Shown piece by piece: positions 23,830 through 36,155 of a stretch of DNA of 64,000 bases. The translations under genes were made by a program, and so were the position numbers. Source of the DNA: Octopus sinensis (lineage: Eukaryota); assembly GCF_006345805.1 (NCBI RefSeq), contig NC_042997.1, positions 107,260,001 through 107,324,000 on the forward strand, in the 5' to 3' direction. Below the pieces are notes generated by a model. The model was given only the letters and a program-made list of their open reading frames with translations, searched no databases and had not been told where the DNA came from. How positions within the stretch are numbered: the stretch's first letter is position 1; every line of letters begins with the position of its first letter.

Positions 23830-24555
23830 TCTATATATATATATATATATAAAATTCAACTTGTGTGTCTGTGTGTGTATCTGTGTATCTGTGTGTTTAA
23901 CTTCCCGGCACATCTCCTAGCCAACAAATCGTAGAACCACCAAAAATGGGTCATTAAAGTTTAGGCGAATGAAAATTGAACTGCGCTATTTCTGTTCCAA
24001 AATTCATCTTGCAAGTGCAAAAATCGATAATGTGTTTGTTTAGGCCTTATCTCATGCATTGAATAGTAAACTTTACTCAGTCAGCTGTTTGACGTGAACT
24101 GTGTTCACCATGCGTGCAAGCATGTGTAAATTGCATGAAAAATAAAAAAAATCAAGATATAAAAACGAATCACCATAAACGTTGTAGAAATTCGGCAAAG
24201 AAATGAATTTTCGGGATGTAGCCTGGAGGGATTTTTTCGTATTAATATATATATATATATATATATACATATATATATACATATGAGAGTATGATAGAAG
24301 AAGGCTAACTCTTCCTTCTGTAGAAGAAAAAATTCAAATCGGACCATGTTAACACCAAAAATTATTTGCATCAAAAAGGTGCCTTTTTTCTATGAAAATC
24401 CCTATTTTTTATGATGTTTTGACTGCTGTGTCGCCATTTTTCGGTGTATTTCACTTAAAGAGAATAACAAACTACATACTGCCAAATTTTTACTTTTCAA
24501 AAAATTCCAATTCTAAAGGGTCTAAACAAATCGCAACGCCGGGCAATACTGCTAG
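23830..24555 (+). mobile_element. Non-autonomous Helitron-like element
   Basis: 5' A|TC terminus, 3' gcaacgccgggcaatactgCTAG|T terminus, internal microsatellites, no TSD. Confidence 0.6.
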
Positions 24556-24568
24556 TATATAATAATAT

Positions 24569-25200
24569 GTTATGAGAGGTAATGGTGTCAATAAGAACCA
24601 AAGGTGTCAGGTAATGCTAAGTGCTATGGACAGACTATAGTTAAGCTCCAGGTTCGGTGATTATGCGATTGTGGAGTCCAACGTAGGTCATATATCAACA
24701 TGTGTATGTATAAAAAAATTTTCAGAATGTGATAAAAATCCAAGACTGTGAAAGATTTTAGAATATTTATAAAGAGGTCTTACAGCTGTTTCCGGGATAT
24801 TTTATATATCCCTTAATCGGAGACAGTGTGAAAAAATGGTTAAGCAATAGTTAAATTAGATAAGATATGATATAGTGAGTGAAGTGGAGGAATGAAAATA
24901 GACGTGAAATATGCGGGGATAATGCATCTGTAGATCCATTATTTATGCAGAATGGTATACATTTAAGATTCCAGTACCTTGTGAGTAAGTTCCAATAGTA
25001 TTTAAAATTGGTCATTCCAAGTATAGAGTTTGTAAAGGGCGTTATTGAATTGAGGGTTGGGAATGGATTTATAAGGTCAAATAAAAAACAGCAAGAAACA
25101 AAGAAAAGAAAAAAAAGTGAAGAGAGGGATAATAAAGAGATGAAGAGAGGGTAAGTGTACTGGTTAGTGGTCAGTCAAGATAAATTGATAGAAAGAAAGA
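24569..25200 (-). mobile_element. Penelope/retrozyme-like repeat, copy A (degenerate hammerhead at 24777-24824)
   Basis: Collinear with 59946-60436, with which it shares the same end (gttatgagaggtaatgg). Inverted relative to 25601-26090. Confidence 0.65.
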
Positions 25201-25379
25201 TATACCTGCATGTGCAGGGCGATAATACATACAGATACATGTATATATGGGTATACATATATACATGTACATTATGAGTACAAGTTGTATGTGTAGATGT
25301 TAATATGTATAAATATATATATGCATGTTTAATATATGCATCTGTATACATCTTCACGTATATATTTTCTTCTACTACT

Positions 25380-26086
25380 AAGCACTGACCTGTCCAACCA
25401 ACCTAATCTATATTTCCAAATTCCCCTCACTTAGGCTCTATCACTACATATCTGACACTCCTTCACTCTTTATACTCTCATACCTTTCTCTGTCATCCAT
25501 CACCCCCTCATTCCTTCTATCTGACACTCCTTTAGTCTTTACCCTATCATCTTTTTACACTCTCATATCTTTATCTCTCTATCACCCTCACATTCCTGTT
25601 CCTTCTATCAATTTATCTTGACTGACCACTAACCAGTACACTTTCCCTCTTTTCATCTCTTCATTATCTCTCTCCCCACTTTTTTCCTTTTTTTTCTTCT
25701 CTTTGTTCCTCTCTTCCTGTTTTCAATTTGACCTTATAAATACATTCCCAACTTTTAAGTCACTTTAAATAAAATCCTCTATTCAATAACACCATGTACA
25801 AACTCTATATTTGGAACTTACTCACAAGGTACTGGAATCTTATATGTATACCATTCTGCCTAAATAATGGATCTACAGATGCAATGTCCTTACATATCTC
25901 ACGTCTATTTTCATTCCTCCACTTCACTCTCTATATCATATCTTATCTAAAATAACTATTGCTTAACCATTCTCTCACGCTGTCTCCAATGAAGGGATAT
26001 ATAAAATATCCCGGAAACAGCTGTAAGACCTCTTTATAAATGTTCTAGAATCTTTCAAAGCTTTGGATTTTTATCTCATTCTGAAA

Positions 26087-26090
<4 letters not shown>
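25380..26090 (+). mobile_element. Penelope/retrozyme-like repeat, copy B (degenerate hammerhead at 25982-26029)
   Basis: Inverted copy of about 24716-25196. Contains gtct-ccaatga-agggatatataaaatatcccg-gaaa-cagctg-ta-agac. Confidence 0.65.
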
Positions 26091-26120
<30 letters not shown>

Positions 26121-26139
26121 GATTTGATCTTCTCAAAAG

Positions 26140-27560
26140 ACAAAAGGAAAAACAGAAACTAGATGTTAAAACCATTTACCATCAGTATTCAATGCCTTCA
26201 CAAACTATTTCATCAAGCCAATCTTGACATGGAATGGGAGCAAGATTATCTATTCTCAGCTTACCATTGAGTCATTCACACTGTTTGGCATGCCATTACA
26301 AATGGGCCACCCTTTCTGGCTCCAGTGTTTCTTTCAAGCTCTGCTGTCCCACATGTACTGCTGACTAAAGAGGAAATTGACCATTTTCATGTCCACACAA
26401 ATGGTCCAGTTGTGCTTGTGATGTTCGAGTATGTCAACAACTATTTTTTCCATGTCATTATGTTCTTCTCACAAATACACAACTGACCAACTGGACTGCC
26501 CCATAAACATTGCCATTGTGCAAGTGGAACATGCTTGAGGCTGCACTGAAAGGTATCCAGAAATAATTGCCACTCTGTTGGACTATATGTGGTAACACCT
26601 AAATTGCCTGAGAAATCCTGGGATATCATGGCAGTAAACAAACTGCTTGTCTTCTTAAAAAAGATCACAAAAGTCTGGTCCCACTTTCAGAATTATGAAT
26701 CTTTTGCCAAGTACTCTTTTATTTATTTATTTACTTGTTTCACACATTTGACTGCAGCCATGCTGGAGCACTGTCTTTAATAGAAGATATCAACCCCAGG
26801 ACTTTGTAAACCTAGCACTTGGTCTCTTTTGTCGAACTGTTAAGTTATGGGAACATAAACACACCAACATCGGTTGTCAAGCGATGGTGGGGTGGGACAA
26901 ACACAGACACACAAACATACATTATATATATACAACAGGCTTCTTTCAGTTTCCATCTGGAGGGTACTGAATCATGCACAAAGTCATATTCTGTTTGGAT
27001 AACTGCTGAGGGACTGATTACAATGGTATCAGATGAGGAATCTTTGGATTCTAAAACCGTTTCTTGAAGCTCATTATCAAAATCTTCATGTTTCTCCTGT
27101 TCACTCCCTTTGTCTTCAGATGAGGCAAAACCATTAAAAACGGGAACTGGCAGTTCCTCATAGTGTGGAATAGGTTGAATTGTTGAGCGAATACAAAGAT
27201 AAAAGATCTGATGCTAATTTTTTCTTGCCAAAACGTTCATGGTGATCAAGCAGAAACAGCAGTCTGTATATGTTGTCCTTGTGTTTTCACCAAACCATAG
27301 AAACTCCAAAAGCAGGCCCTTTCATTTTCATTCTGTCTAGTTATGAACCATTTCCTCACAATTGTGACCCACAATATGAAGAGCCCATTTCTGGTCTTGG
27401 TTTTTCGGGAGAACTTGAGAGTAAGCTTTATAGGGCACCGCTCCTCACAATGTTGTACTGTGCCTTTGATGAAGTGCAAAGCAGCAGCAGCCACATACAT
27501 AACAGTGTATTTACACATGTCTACTTAAAGAAACTATTTAAGATTTGAAACAAGAGAAAC
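26140..27560 (-). mobile_element. Degraded Chapaev/Transib-like DNA transposon, interrupted by a SINE
   Basis: Minus-strand fragments read EWQLFLDTFQCSLKH, PFHVKIGLMK and PIPHYEELPVP. The family assignment is from memory of such transposases. Confidence 0.5.
26725..26960 (-). mobile_element. SINE fragment
   Basis: Same family as 60740-61085 (catcggttgtcaagcgatg...acaggcttctttcagtttcc). Confidence 0.75.
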
Positions 27561-28232
27561 AGCTGTTGTTTTTGTGTAAATCAGATAAATCTCTAAAATC
27601 CAAAATTAACTTTAAAAATAAAGAAAATATATCTTTAAAAAAAGAAATTGCCTAATTAAGGTTAAGGTACATCTAAAAAGCAATGTGTTCTTTTTTTTTT
27701 TGTGAAAATAAGTTTCAAATTGCATATTGAGGGAAACCTATTTCATATTTGAAATCAGCATTGACAAATGAATAGAATTAGTGGGAAAATTTCATGTAAC
27801 AGAAAATATGAAGAAATTTGTTGCCCATTGTTATCTTTCTCCATATTAATCTGTGGTGCAAGTAACATGAATTATCTTTATCTCTAAATTGTGATACAGG
27901 TAACATGAATAAATTCTATGCCCCCTCTTCCCCATATAATGACAGTTGCTTTAGTGTTCATTGACTAACAAATCTGTTTTAATTGTAATGAGTCATGTTT
28001 AAGGTAGATGTTTCTAGAAGCTGATCTTATTAAAAATTTGTTGTATTCACTTCATGTTGGGATGGTTTAATTACAATCTGTCTAACCCGTTCTAACCTAA
28101 ATAAATGTTTATAAAACCCATGGAAATATGTCTATGCTTCTAGGTGCTGCTTCAACTCTTGTCTATTAACTCAACAAACAATATTTTTAAAATTCATTTA
28201 TTGATTAGATGTTAACACAAAAACAAAATGAT

Positions 28233-28242
28233 TTCCCTTAAA
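28233..28242 (+). promoter_or_regulatory. U12-type branch site TTCCCTTAAA
   Basis: Resembles TTCCTTAAC, with the branch A about 15 nt upstream of the CAG acceptor at 28254-28256 and no long pyrimidine tract. Confidence 0.8.
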
Positions 28243-28256
28243 TTATTGCTCTCCAG

Positions 28257-28375
28257 ATATATTTTTGACAGAAGACTTCACTGTCAAAATTGGTGACTTT
28301 GGTCTTGCAACTGTGAAAGCTCGATGGAGTGGATCCCATCAATTCCAACAGCCAACTGGTTCCATTCTGTGGATG
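28257..28375 (+). CDS. BRAF: RAF kinase exon: DFG and activation segment ([39 protein letters not shown])
   Basis: 119-nt exon, phase 1 to 0, donor |gtaaaa. The V600-equivalent residue is Val (gtg 28313-28315). Confidence 0.97.
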
Positions 28376-28565
28376 GTAAAATTATTTTTTAATAAAATCT
28401 AATCAGTTAAACTTGATATCATTTTGAAATTTGTTTCATATTTGCTTTGGGATTTAATTTGAGAATAACTACACTAGAAATACAAAAAATTAGAAAAACT
28501 TGTTAAATTATATATTTTTATTGAAAATATGTTGATGCTACTATAAATATTGGTGTTTCCTGCAG

Positions 28566-28697
28566 GCTCCTGAAGTAATAAGGATGAAAGATGACAACCC
28601 TTACACATTCCAATCTGATGTGTATGCGTATGGTATTGTCTGTTTTGAGTTGATGACCAGCTCACTGCCATATTCTCACATCAACAATAAGGACCAG
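28566..28697 (+). CDS. BRAF: RAF kinase exon: APE...SDVYAYG...INNKDQ
   Basis: 132 nt, acceptor tttcctgcag|, donor |gtaaga. Confidence 0.97.
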
Positions 28698-28932
28698 GTA
28701 AGAGAAAAGTTTTCAAACAATATACAGAATATACATGTGCATTTTAAAGTCATTATCATTTCAGATTTCTTCAAATTATTGAACCTTTGCTTAAAAATAT
28801 CTTCATTGCAGTATTGTTGAACTATTTGTCCTCTCAATTACATTTAACTTCTTGTGGAAGCTATTTGTTGTACCAGCTTTACTATTAAAATATTCATAAT
28901 TTTTGAAAAACTTCTCTCTCTCTCTCAATTAG

Positions 28933-29067
28933 ATCCTCTTCATGGTTGGTAAAGGCCATATACGACCTGACCCCAGTAAATCCAGATCAGATACACCCAA
29001 AGCTTTCAAACGTTTGATGATGGAGTGCTGTAAATACGATCGAAATGAAAGGCCTCTATTTCCACAG
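28933..29067 (+). CDS. BRAF: RAF kinase exon: ILFMVGKG...ERPLFPQ
   Basis: 135 nt, acceptor ctcaattag|, donor |gtatgc. Confidence 0.97.
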
Positions 29068-30762
29068 GTATGCAAGGGAAAACTTTTAAATGTGGTAGTT
29101 AGGGTTAATGTATTAATCACATTGAAATGGTTTGAAATGGGTGGTCATTTCCTTATCACACTGTATTTCTACTTAGCATACTTTACTTAATGTTAAGACT
29201 TCAGTTATAAACCTTTATCATAATAGATAGCTGTTAGAATTTTTACAACCATACTAGGCATGTAATGTCAGGACTATTGCTCCCAAATTTGCAAAAGTAA
29301 TGGCTGAAGCACCAGAAAATTTTCTTTAGTTTAAAAGATGGCAACATTCTCCATTCCATTTTTGTTGTCAGAAAGTGTCAGTACTCACAATATTTCAAAC
29401 TTTTAACCATTGCTAATGTTTTCATTTTACCATCAAAGTTTAGAATTCCAATATTAACCAATATTAGAGATTCTATGTTCATTGCTTGACTTTTCAGCAC
29501 AGTTAGTCAATCTTACTTCAAAGACTGTCGTTTTAAAAGATCAGGAGTATTCATGCTGGCATGGAACATGGCTATTAAATGATAATGATGATGATATATG
29601 AAGTTTTTGCTTATCTGTCTCTTACCAACATAGAAAGTAAAGGTAGCTAGAAAACTAATGAAATGACTTGATGAATTATAATTAATGATTAATGGTAGTA
29701 AGACAAATGTGGATGGAAATTGCAGAAGGAAGAAAACCCAGGAAGGCATGAGACAAGATTATAAAGGCTGATCTCAGGACCTTGAACTTCACTGAGCAAA
29801 GGACCAGGATAACTGGTGATATGCTGTTCCCAAGAAGACCTATTCATCTCAATGAAATTCACAATTGAGCCCTTCACCCAATTTCCTTCCTTCTCAAGGC
29901 ACCCACTGCCTCCCTGACTGCAGTGCTTCCTTAATATCTCCTTTCTTACAACCCAAAACCCTTTCATTTGTTCTCTGTCTTTTATTCATTAATACTGTTC
30001 TCTCCACCTATACTTTCATTGATCACCCACCCACTCACTGTGCCACCAAATTTTTCTTTCTTCTCCTTCTGCCATATATCCCACCTTCTGCCATACACTA
30101 CACCTGCCCTTCTCTCCCCCATGTTTCCACAACTTACCCAACAACATATCATCTCTCTTTCATCCTTCTCCTGTCTACTGTATTTTGGCCCTTCTGTCCT
30201 ACCTACTTTATACCTTGAAGGTCCACCCTGGCACCATCTCAGCACTATGTTTTTATCGTTTTCCTACTCCATCTGATCACTCCTACTTCTCTTCTAAAAT
30301 GTGAACAGTCATGCAGCACCTCTACAGCAAAAACAACAAAAAAAAAAAACTTTTTCTGCTCTGGGCCTTATCTCTCATACTCTACCCGTTTCTATTTCTC
30401 ATTTCAACCTAAAGTTGCCTCCCTTGGGGTTTGTAGTCTTGCATGCTGACTTCACAAATGTTGGTGACATGAAAAAAAAAGCATGCAATACTCGAGTGAT
30501 TGGACGTTAGGAAGGACATCAATCTGTAGAAAGCATACCAAAGCATATGCTACTTACTAATTTATGAGTGATAACGTATCCATAACACTAGTTTTAACGA
30601 AATCTCTAGTAAATGTGATGTGTTGATGTAATTCACTCCACAACCATCATTTACAATTTTGATTCATTATGAGTTCATGTAATCCTTTCTAAGGAATTTT
30701 TTCATTTGTGTCTTTTTTCCTTTCCCATTTAATTAGTCTGCTTATTTGTTTGTCAATTTCAG

Positions 30763-30942
30763 ATATTGTCTTCTATTGAATCTCTGAAGAGATCTCTTCA
30801 AAGACTACAAAAAAGCCACTCAGAACCTACACTGCGGCCACAGTCATCAGATGACTTGGATCTATTTAATGTATTTTCATCACCAAAAACTCCCGTCAAC
30901 TGTCAATATGCACAGTTCACATTTTATGATTTAGATACCTGA
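30763..30942 (+). CDS. BRAF: RAF kinase last coding exon: ILSSIESL...KSHSEP...SPKTP...stop
   Basis: Acceptor tcaatttcag|, 60 codons ending TGA 30940-30942. The SxSEP 14-3-3 site and the SPKTP ERK feedback sites are retained. Confidence 0.95.
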   Translation: MLSSIESLKRSLQRLQKSHSEPTLRPQSSDDLDLFNVFSSPKTPVNCQYAQFTFYDLDT

Positions 30943-33900
30943 GAAGGTAATGTTGATATCAACAGTTTGGGGTGTTGTATTTCTCCAGTAAGATCGAAGA
31001 AAAAAAAAATTTAGGTAAATGATGAAGAGAGAAAGTATGAGTTTTCTTTTTTCTTTTTCTTTTTTTTTTAATATATAAAAGAACAATTTTAAGTTTAATG
31101 TTCATTCCTAACACTGCTGTCAAAGCGTTCCAGTGGAAACTAAGATGATGATGATAATTTTATAAGCAATGAGGGAACTTAGGTTTCTGTGAACAGTACC
31201 GTGTCTTTCTTTACTTGGAAGTGAAGATCCAATGAATATTGCATGGATTTCTGGAATTCCAATATTTCTGGCTGTACTATATTGGTTTTTTTTTTTTTTT
31301 TTTTTTTTTCATTCTGTCTATACTGTTGGTTGAAACAGAGAAGATAGCAGCAGCAGCAGCAATATTATTTGTGGGTTGACTTCAATCACTGTTCTCCTTG
31401 CTGCAAACTGTTATTGCTACTTTGACAAGAGAAAACAACAATTTCACTCATTTCAGGATGAGCAAGAAAGAACAACACAGATAAGAGTTGCTGTTATCAC
31501 CTGCTATTATTCTCTTGGATTGGGCTCGAGGATTCATCACTGGTTCCATTGATAGTATTACAGCTAACGATGAGTACAAGTTAGTCATCAACAAACACAT
31601 TGAAACATCATGAATTCACTTTATTTTCTTTGTGTATTTTCTTTTGTGCCATTCTCTCTCTTCCTTCTGGTCCATTAACACTTTATAAACACGTTCTAAC
31701 TTATATACTAAAACATTGGTGCCATTTCCACGTGATTGCTAAAGATATTTTTTTCAATGTTACAATGTTTGCATAGATGTGTGGTGTGTGTGTGTGTGTG
31801 GTGAGGGTGTGGCTTTTTTCAATTACACATATATTTGTGTGTGTGTGTGTATATATATACACATACAAATTTATATATATATATATATGTATACACATAC
31901 ATACGCACACACACTCACACATTGTATTTGATTAAAGAGAGAGAGAGAGAGAGAGAAGAAGAAACCATTAGTGAAATGATTTATCACTGAGTAGATTTAA
32001 GATATCCTGTGCCTTTTTAATCTGGTGAATTTTAATCTCTGCTTTCTCTACAGCTATATTTACTGTTATTGATTCTTTTCACTTCCAATTTACCAGCTTC
32101 ATGTCTCTGACAGATTCTACTGGATTCTTCAGAATATTTTGGTCTCTATAAAGCTGCTATTCTAGCTTCTTTTTTTAATCTCTTAAATATTTGATTCTCT
32201 GGCTTATGCGTTAACAGATATTGTTATATTTTTTTTTCTTACTAGTTTGTGTTTTTATATTGAAAAATACTTCATCCCAAATTTTATTGCATCTTATTTT
32301 CAATGATGCCATCAGCATTAAAACATCCATGTGTCTGATGTTAAATAACTTTAGTTGTATCATGGCAGTTAATGCCATATCTAATCTTGCCCAAGCATTC
32401 TTCATCACTGTTCCTTTAGCTGTAGAGGCCTGTCATTTACTGTAGCTAAACAGTAAACTATTGCATTAAAATTGTAACCACATTTTATTCTATAGAAATC
32501 AAGGATGGAACTAATTTAATGTTTTGTTTGATATTTTTTTTTCAAAAATAAAGTATAAATTTTAAAACTTTGGCAATTCTAACAGGAAATTTCCTAATTG
32601 TTGGTGCTAAGTTACCACAGTTCTGTAATGTTCTCATAGCATCAAATTCATTTTTAGAACATTTTTAACTGAGTCTGGCAAATCTATTGAAAACTCTCTC
32701 AACAAGCTCCATTCATTAGTATTAAATGTCAAGAAAATGGAGTTGATTTTCATACTTCTCATATCCTGGCCAATTTTCGTTTTTCTTTTCTTTTTCACCT
32801 TTTTGTGGAATTTTTCCTTTCTGTAAATTATTACATCTATTTAAATAAATTATATATGTGTGTGTAATATGTATATATGTGTGTGTGTGCATAGATGTGT
32901 GTGTGTGTGCATAGATATGTGTGTGTGTGCATAGATATGTGTGTGTGTGTGTATGCATGTATATGTATATAAACTACACTAATCTTAGCCAAAAGACCAC
33001 ATGCAGGTGTTTGTGTATACACACATGCACACTCACTCACACACACACACACACACGTGCACGCACATTGTGGCCACTGATTATCACAGCTGATAAACAG
33101 AGAAGACAAAATCTGCAGGTTGCTGTCAAAATCCAATTGTATGCCTTGTGCAAAGTGTGATGCAGATTTGTTGAAACATTTTCGTATGAAGTAAACCAAT
33201 AATTCTGTACATAAACCTTATGATTAGTTTATTTTAATTTTACTTTTCTTTTAAATTTTAATAATGTTTTGATAATAGGTTAAAATGTTAAAAATATATT
33301 CCTTGTTTATTTTGACTCTGGCTCTGCATCTAAACATTTTATATAAACTGGGTTTTTTTAAATTTTATTTTATTAGTAAAGTTTCTTTAAAACAAACCTA
33401 GGTTTAAATAATATCTAAGTTCCCTCTTTTTTCCTGCTGTTTGTACTAGTGTATGATGATGATGATAAGGCTTGAAAACAATATAATACATTTATTTTAT
33501 TTTGCTATTACAGTTAACATTAAGTTGGTGATGAAACATTTTGAAATTTTGCTGTCTATGTTCCTCAGAGCTCTGATTTGTTTGCTGGTGTTGTTATTAA
33601 ACAAAACGAACAGTCCAAAGTTTCTATATCATTTTTATTTAATAGTATGCAAAATATAGCAGTACCCTCTTCAAGCCACAGGCTGCTCTTTTTAATTGTC
33701 TACAACTTTTAAAAGTGGGAATTTCATTTGGTTGCATTAGTCTTTTTTATTTTAAAATATTTTTTAAAAATTGAAAAAAATATTAGCTTCATGACATATA
33801 AAAGAAATGTTAAGATCGTTACAAATTCCTTTTGTTTGCATTCACAAAGTGTGTGTGTAGGTAGGGGGGTATTCTTGAAAAACAAACATTATGATGCCTA

Positions 33901-35789
33901 CCATAACTTCTTTTCCTAAATAAAAAATTTTAAAGATATATTTGGTGAATTAGTTTTAGACTGGACATTTTTTGTTAGTATTCTTAGCTTAAGACCAACA
34001 TTTTCTTTGACAAATATGTAGCAGTGATGTTTATTCTTTTAAATATTCTCCTTTAATGAAAAAAAATTCTTCAGCTTGCTCCTCCCTTTAAACTTGTATT
34101 GGATAACATTTTAATGCTGATACCAAAATTTATATTTTCCCCTTATATCTTATTCATTCCACAATTTCTCTTATTCTCTATAGAAAATGTCTTTCTTCCT
34201 CTCTTTACTCTTCAACTAAAGTTGCTTTGAATTCAAATTTCTTGTTCTTACTATTAATTCTTTCTTCTGAGAGTTCTTCTTTGCTACAGTTCTTTCCCAA
34301 TGTTGTTGGTTTCCTGTAATCTTCTATCTCACCCACCATACATTTCATTATCAGTGAAATGGCTGATGAATCAGAGTCTTGCATGCGGGCACCCTTGATC
34401 CCCCCTACCCCATGCTCATTCAGTTCTAGTGCCAGATGTTGCCAGCCCTGCCACCAAATCTGCAAGTGATGCTACCGAGTTCCTGCTCATCTCTGCTCTT
34501 GCTTGCTGTCCCCCCCTCCCCCCTCTTACGATTAACAAACATCTGCAGACAAATTCTATTGATGAAAAGGAGGAGAACAAATATATGATGCATGTTAGAA
34601 TATGGATGTGTGTATGGAAGATCAGTGGAGGAAAAAAGAACTTTTTTTCTGTCCTGAGCATCCTAACTCTGACTAAAATACTCTGGAAATGAAAAATGGA
34701 CATGTTTTTTTTTTAAAAAAAATACTTTAAAAAAATATTTTCAAAAAAAAGTAAAATTTAAGAAACATTTAAAAAAAAGGAAAACATGAAAATGAAGACT
34801 GTTAATATATGAGGACTGATGAAATGTATTATTTATATCAACTTCAGGACAGGCTATTTCATTTTATATATTTCACATAAGTTGTAAAGATGTTACAATG
34901 AAGTTCTGTAAAAACTGTTGTGTTTGTTCACTTTGTTTTTATTCCATTCTAATGTTTTAATATCTTGTACTCCAGCTTGTAAACGAGTTCAATGAGAGTT
35001 TTATCACTTTAAAAACTCTCTGCCTGACTATTTTAGTTTGTTGATAGGCACCAGTTCATAGGTGAGTATCTTGTTTTATCATTGCAAATCTGATTGTTAC
35101 TAATTAACAACCATGGTATTTATGAATAATTCAGTTATAATATGCAAATAGTCAGAGCCTAAAATATAAGTTTGAGAGTTAGTTGTTGCCTAATTGAGAA
35201 CTTGCCTTAATAACACCACCTGATCCTTAATTATCTTGAGTAGATTCACTATTTTGTGAGGTTTTGGATCAGTTACTTTGATGCCCATCCAGAATTTCTG
35301 CAACAATGTAAGAGGGCTTGCAAAGCCTGTAGACACACGCACCAGGTATATCATTAATAGGTTCTTTTCCCCTTTTTTTCATTGAAGCTAGTTGAACTAT
35401 TAACATGGTTTAAATACCAAAAATGTTTTATTTTGAATGTCTGTCAAGAATCCCAGCTCTGTAAATTTAGTGTGGTTATTATTTGAGTGCATTATGTAGG
35501 AATATGCTTCTTTCGTTTTCATTTATTATCATTCATCAGGTTGTAGATATATGATGTTTAAGACTTGATGTTAAGATAATATTGTTACATTTTTTTCAAA
35601 ATCCTGAATATAATAAGGTCGTTCGTGATGAAATATCTACCAGGACTCTCCTATGATGCAATTGTTTGAGTTTCCATTTCTGATTAAGTGAACCACCCAA
35701 TTCTGAAATGTCTGTGTGTGCACATATGGTATGTCCTAGGTGATACTTGTGTGAAATGCACAGGTGATAAATGTCCTGTTTTTTAGGTT

Positions 35790-36155
35790 AATTATTTGGG
35801 AAGACGATGCCAGCTACCACCAATCAACAAAAAGGCTGGCCAGGCAGCAAAAACTCTGCGAGAGTCAAGTCTGTTGGTTCGAGGAGCACAACTATTCAAC
35901 TCCATTCCGGTACATGTCAGAAATCTATCAGGATGCAGTGTGGAATCATTCAAATTGCAGCTGGATAGATACTTAAGCACCATTAGAGATGAACCCCATC
36001 TCCCAGGATATACACAACGAGCACAAACTGACTCAAACTCGCTCCTACACATGTCAAAATTAAACAGAGAATACAACCTGGCAACCACACCAGACTCTGA
36101 GGGTGGAGTCTTCGACTTGTCCTGAGCATGGACTCGAACTCAAATGAAATGAAAT
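35790..36155 (+). mobile_element. CR1/L2-like LINE 3' end with (AAATG)n tail
   Basis: Open frame GRRCQLPP...RGAQLFNSIP...FKLQLDRYL...SNSL, then stop, then aaatgaaatgaaatg. Confidence 0.75.

Noticed and set aside
34205-34703. Overlapping short ORFs in a locally GC-richer patch downstream of RAF
   Set aside because: No recognisable motif or splice framework; probably UTR or intergenic sequence.
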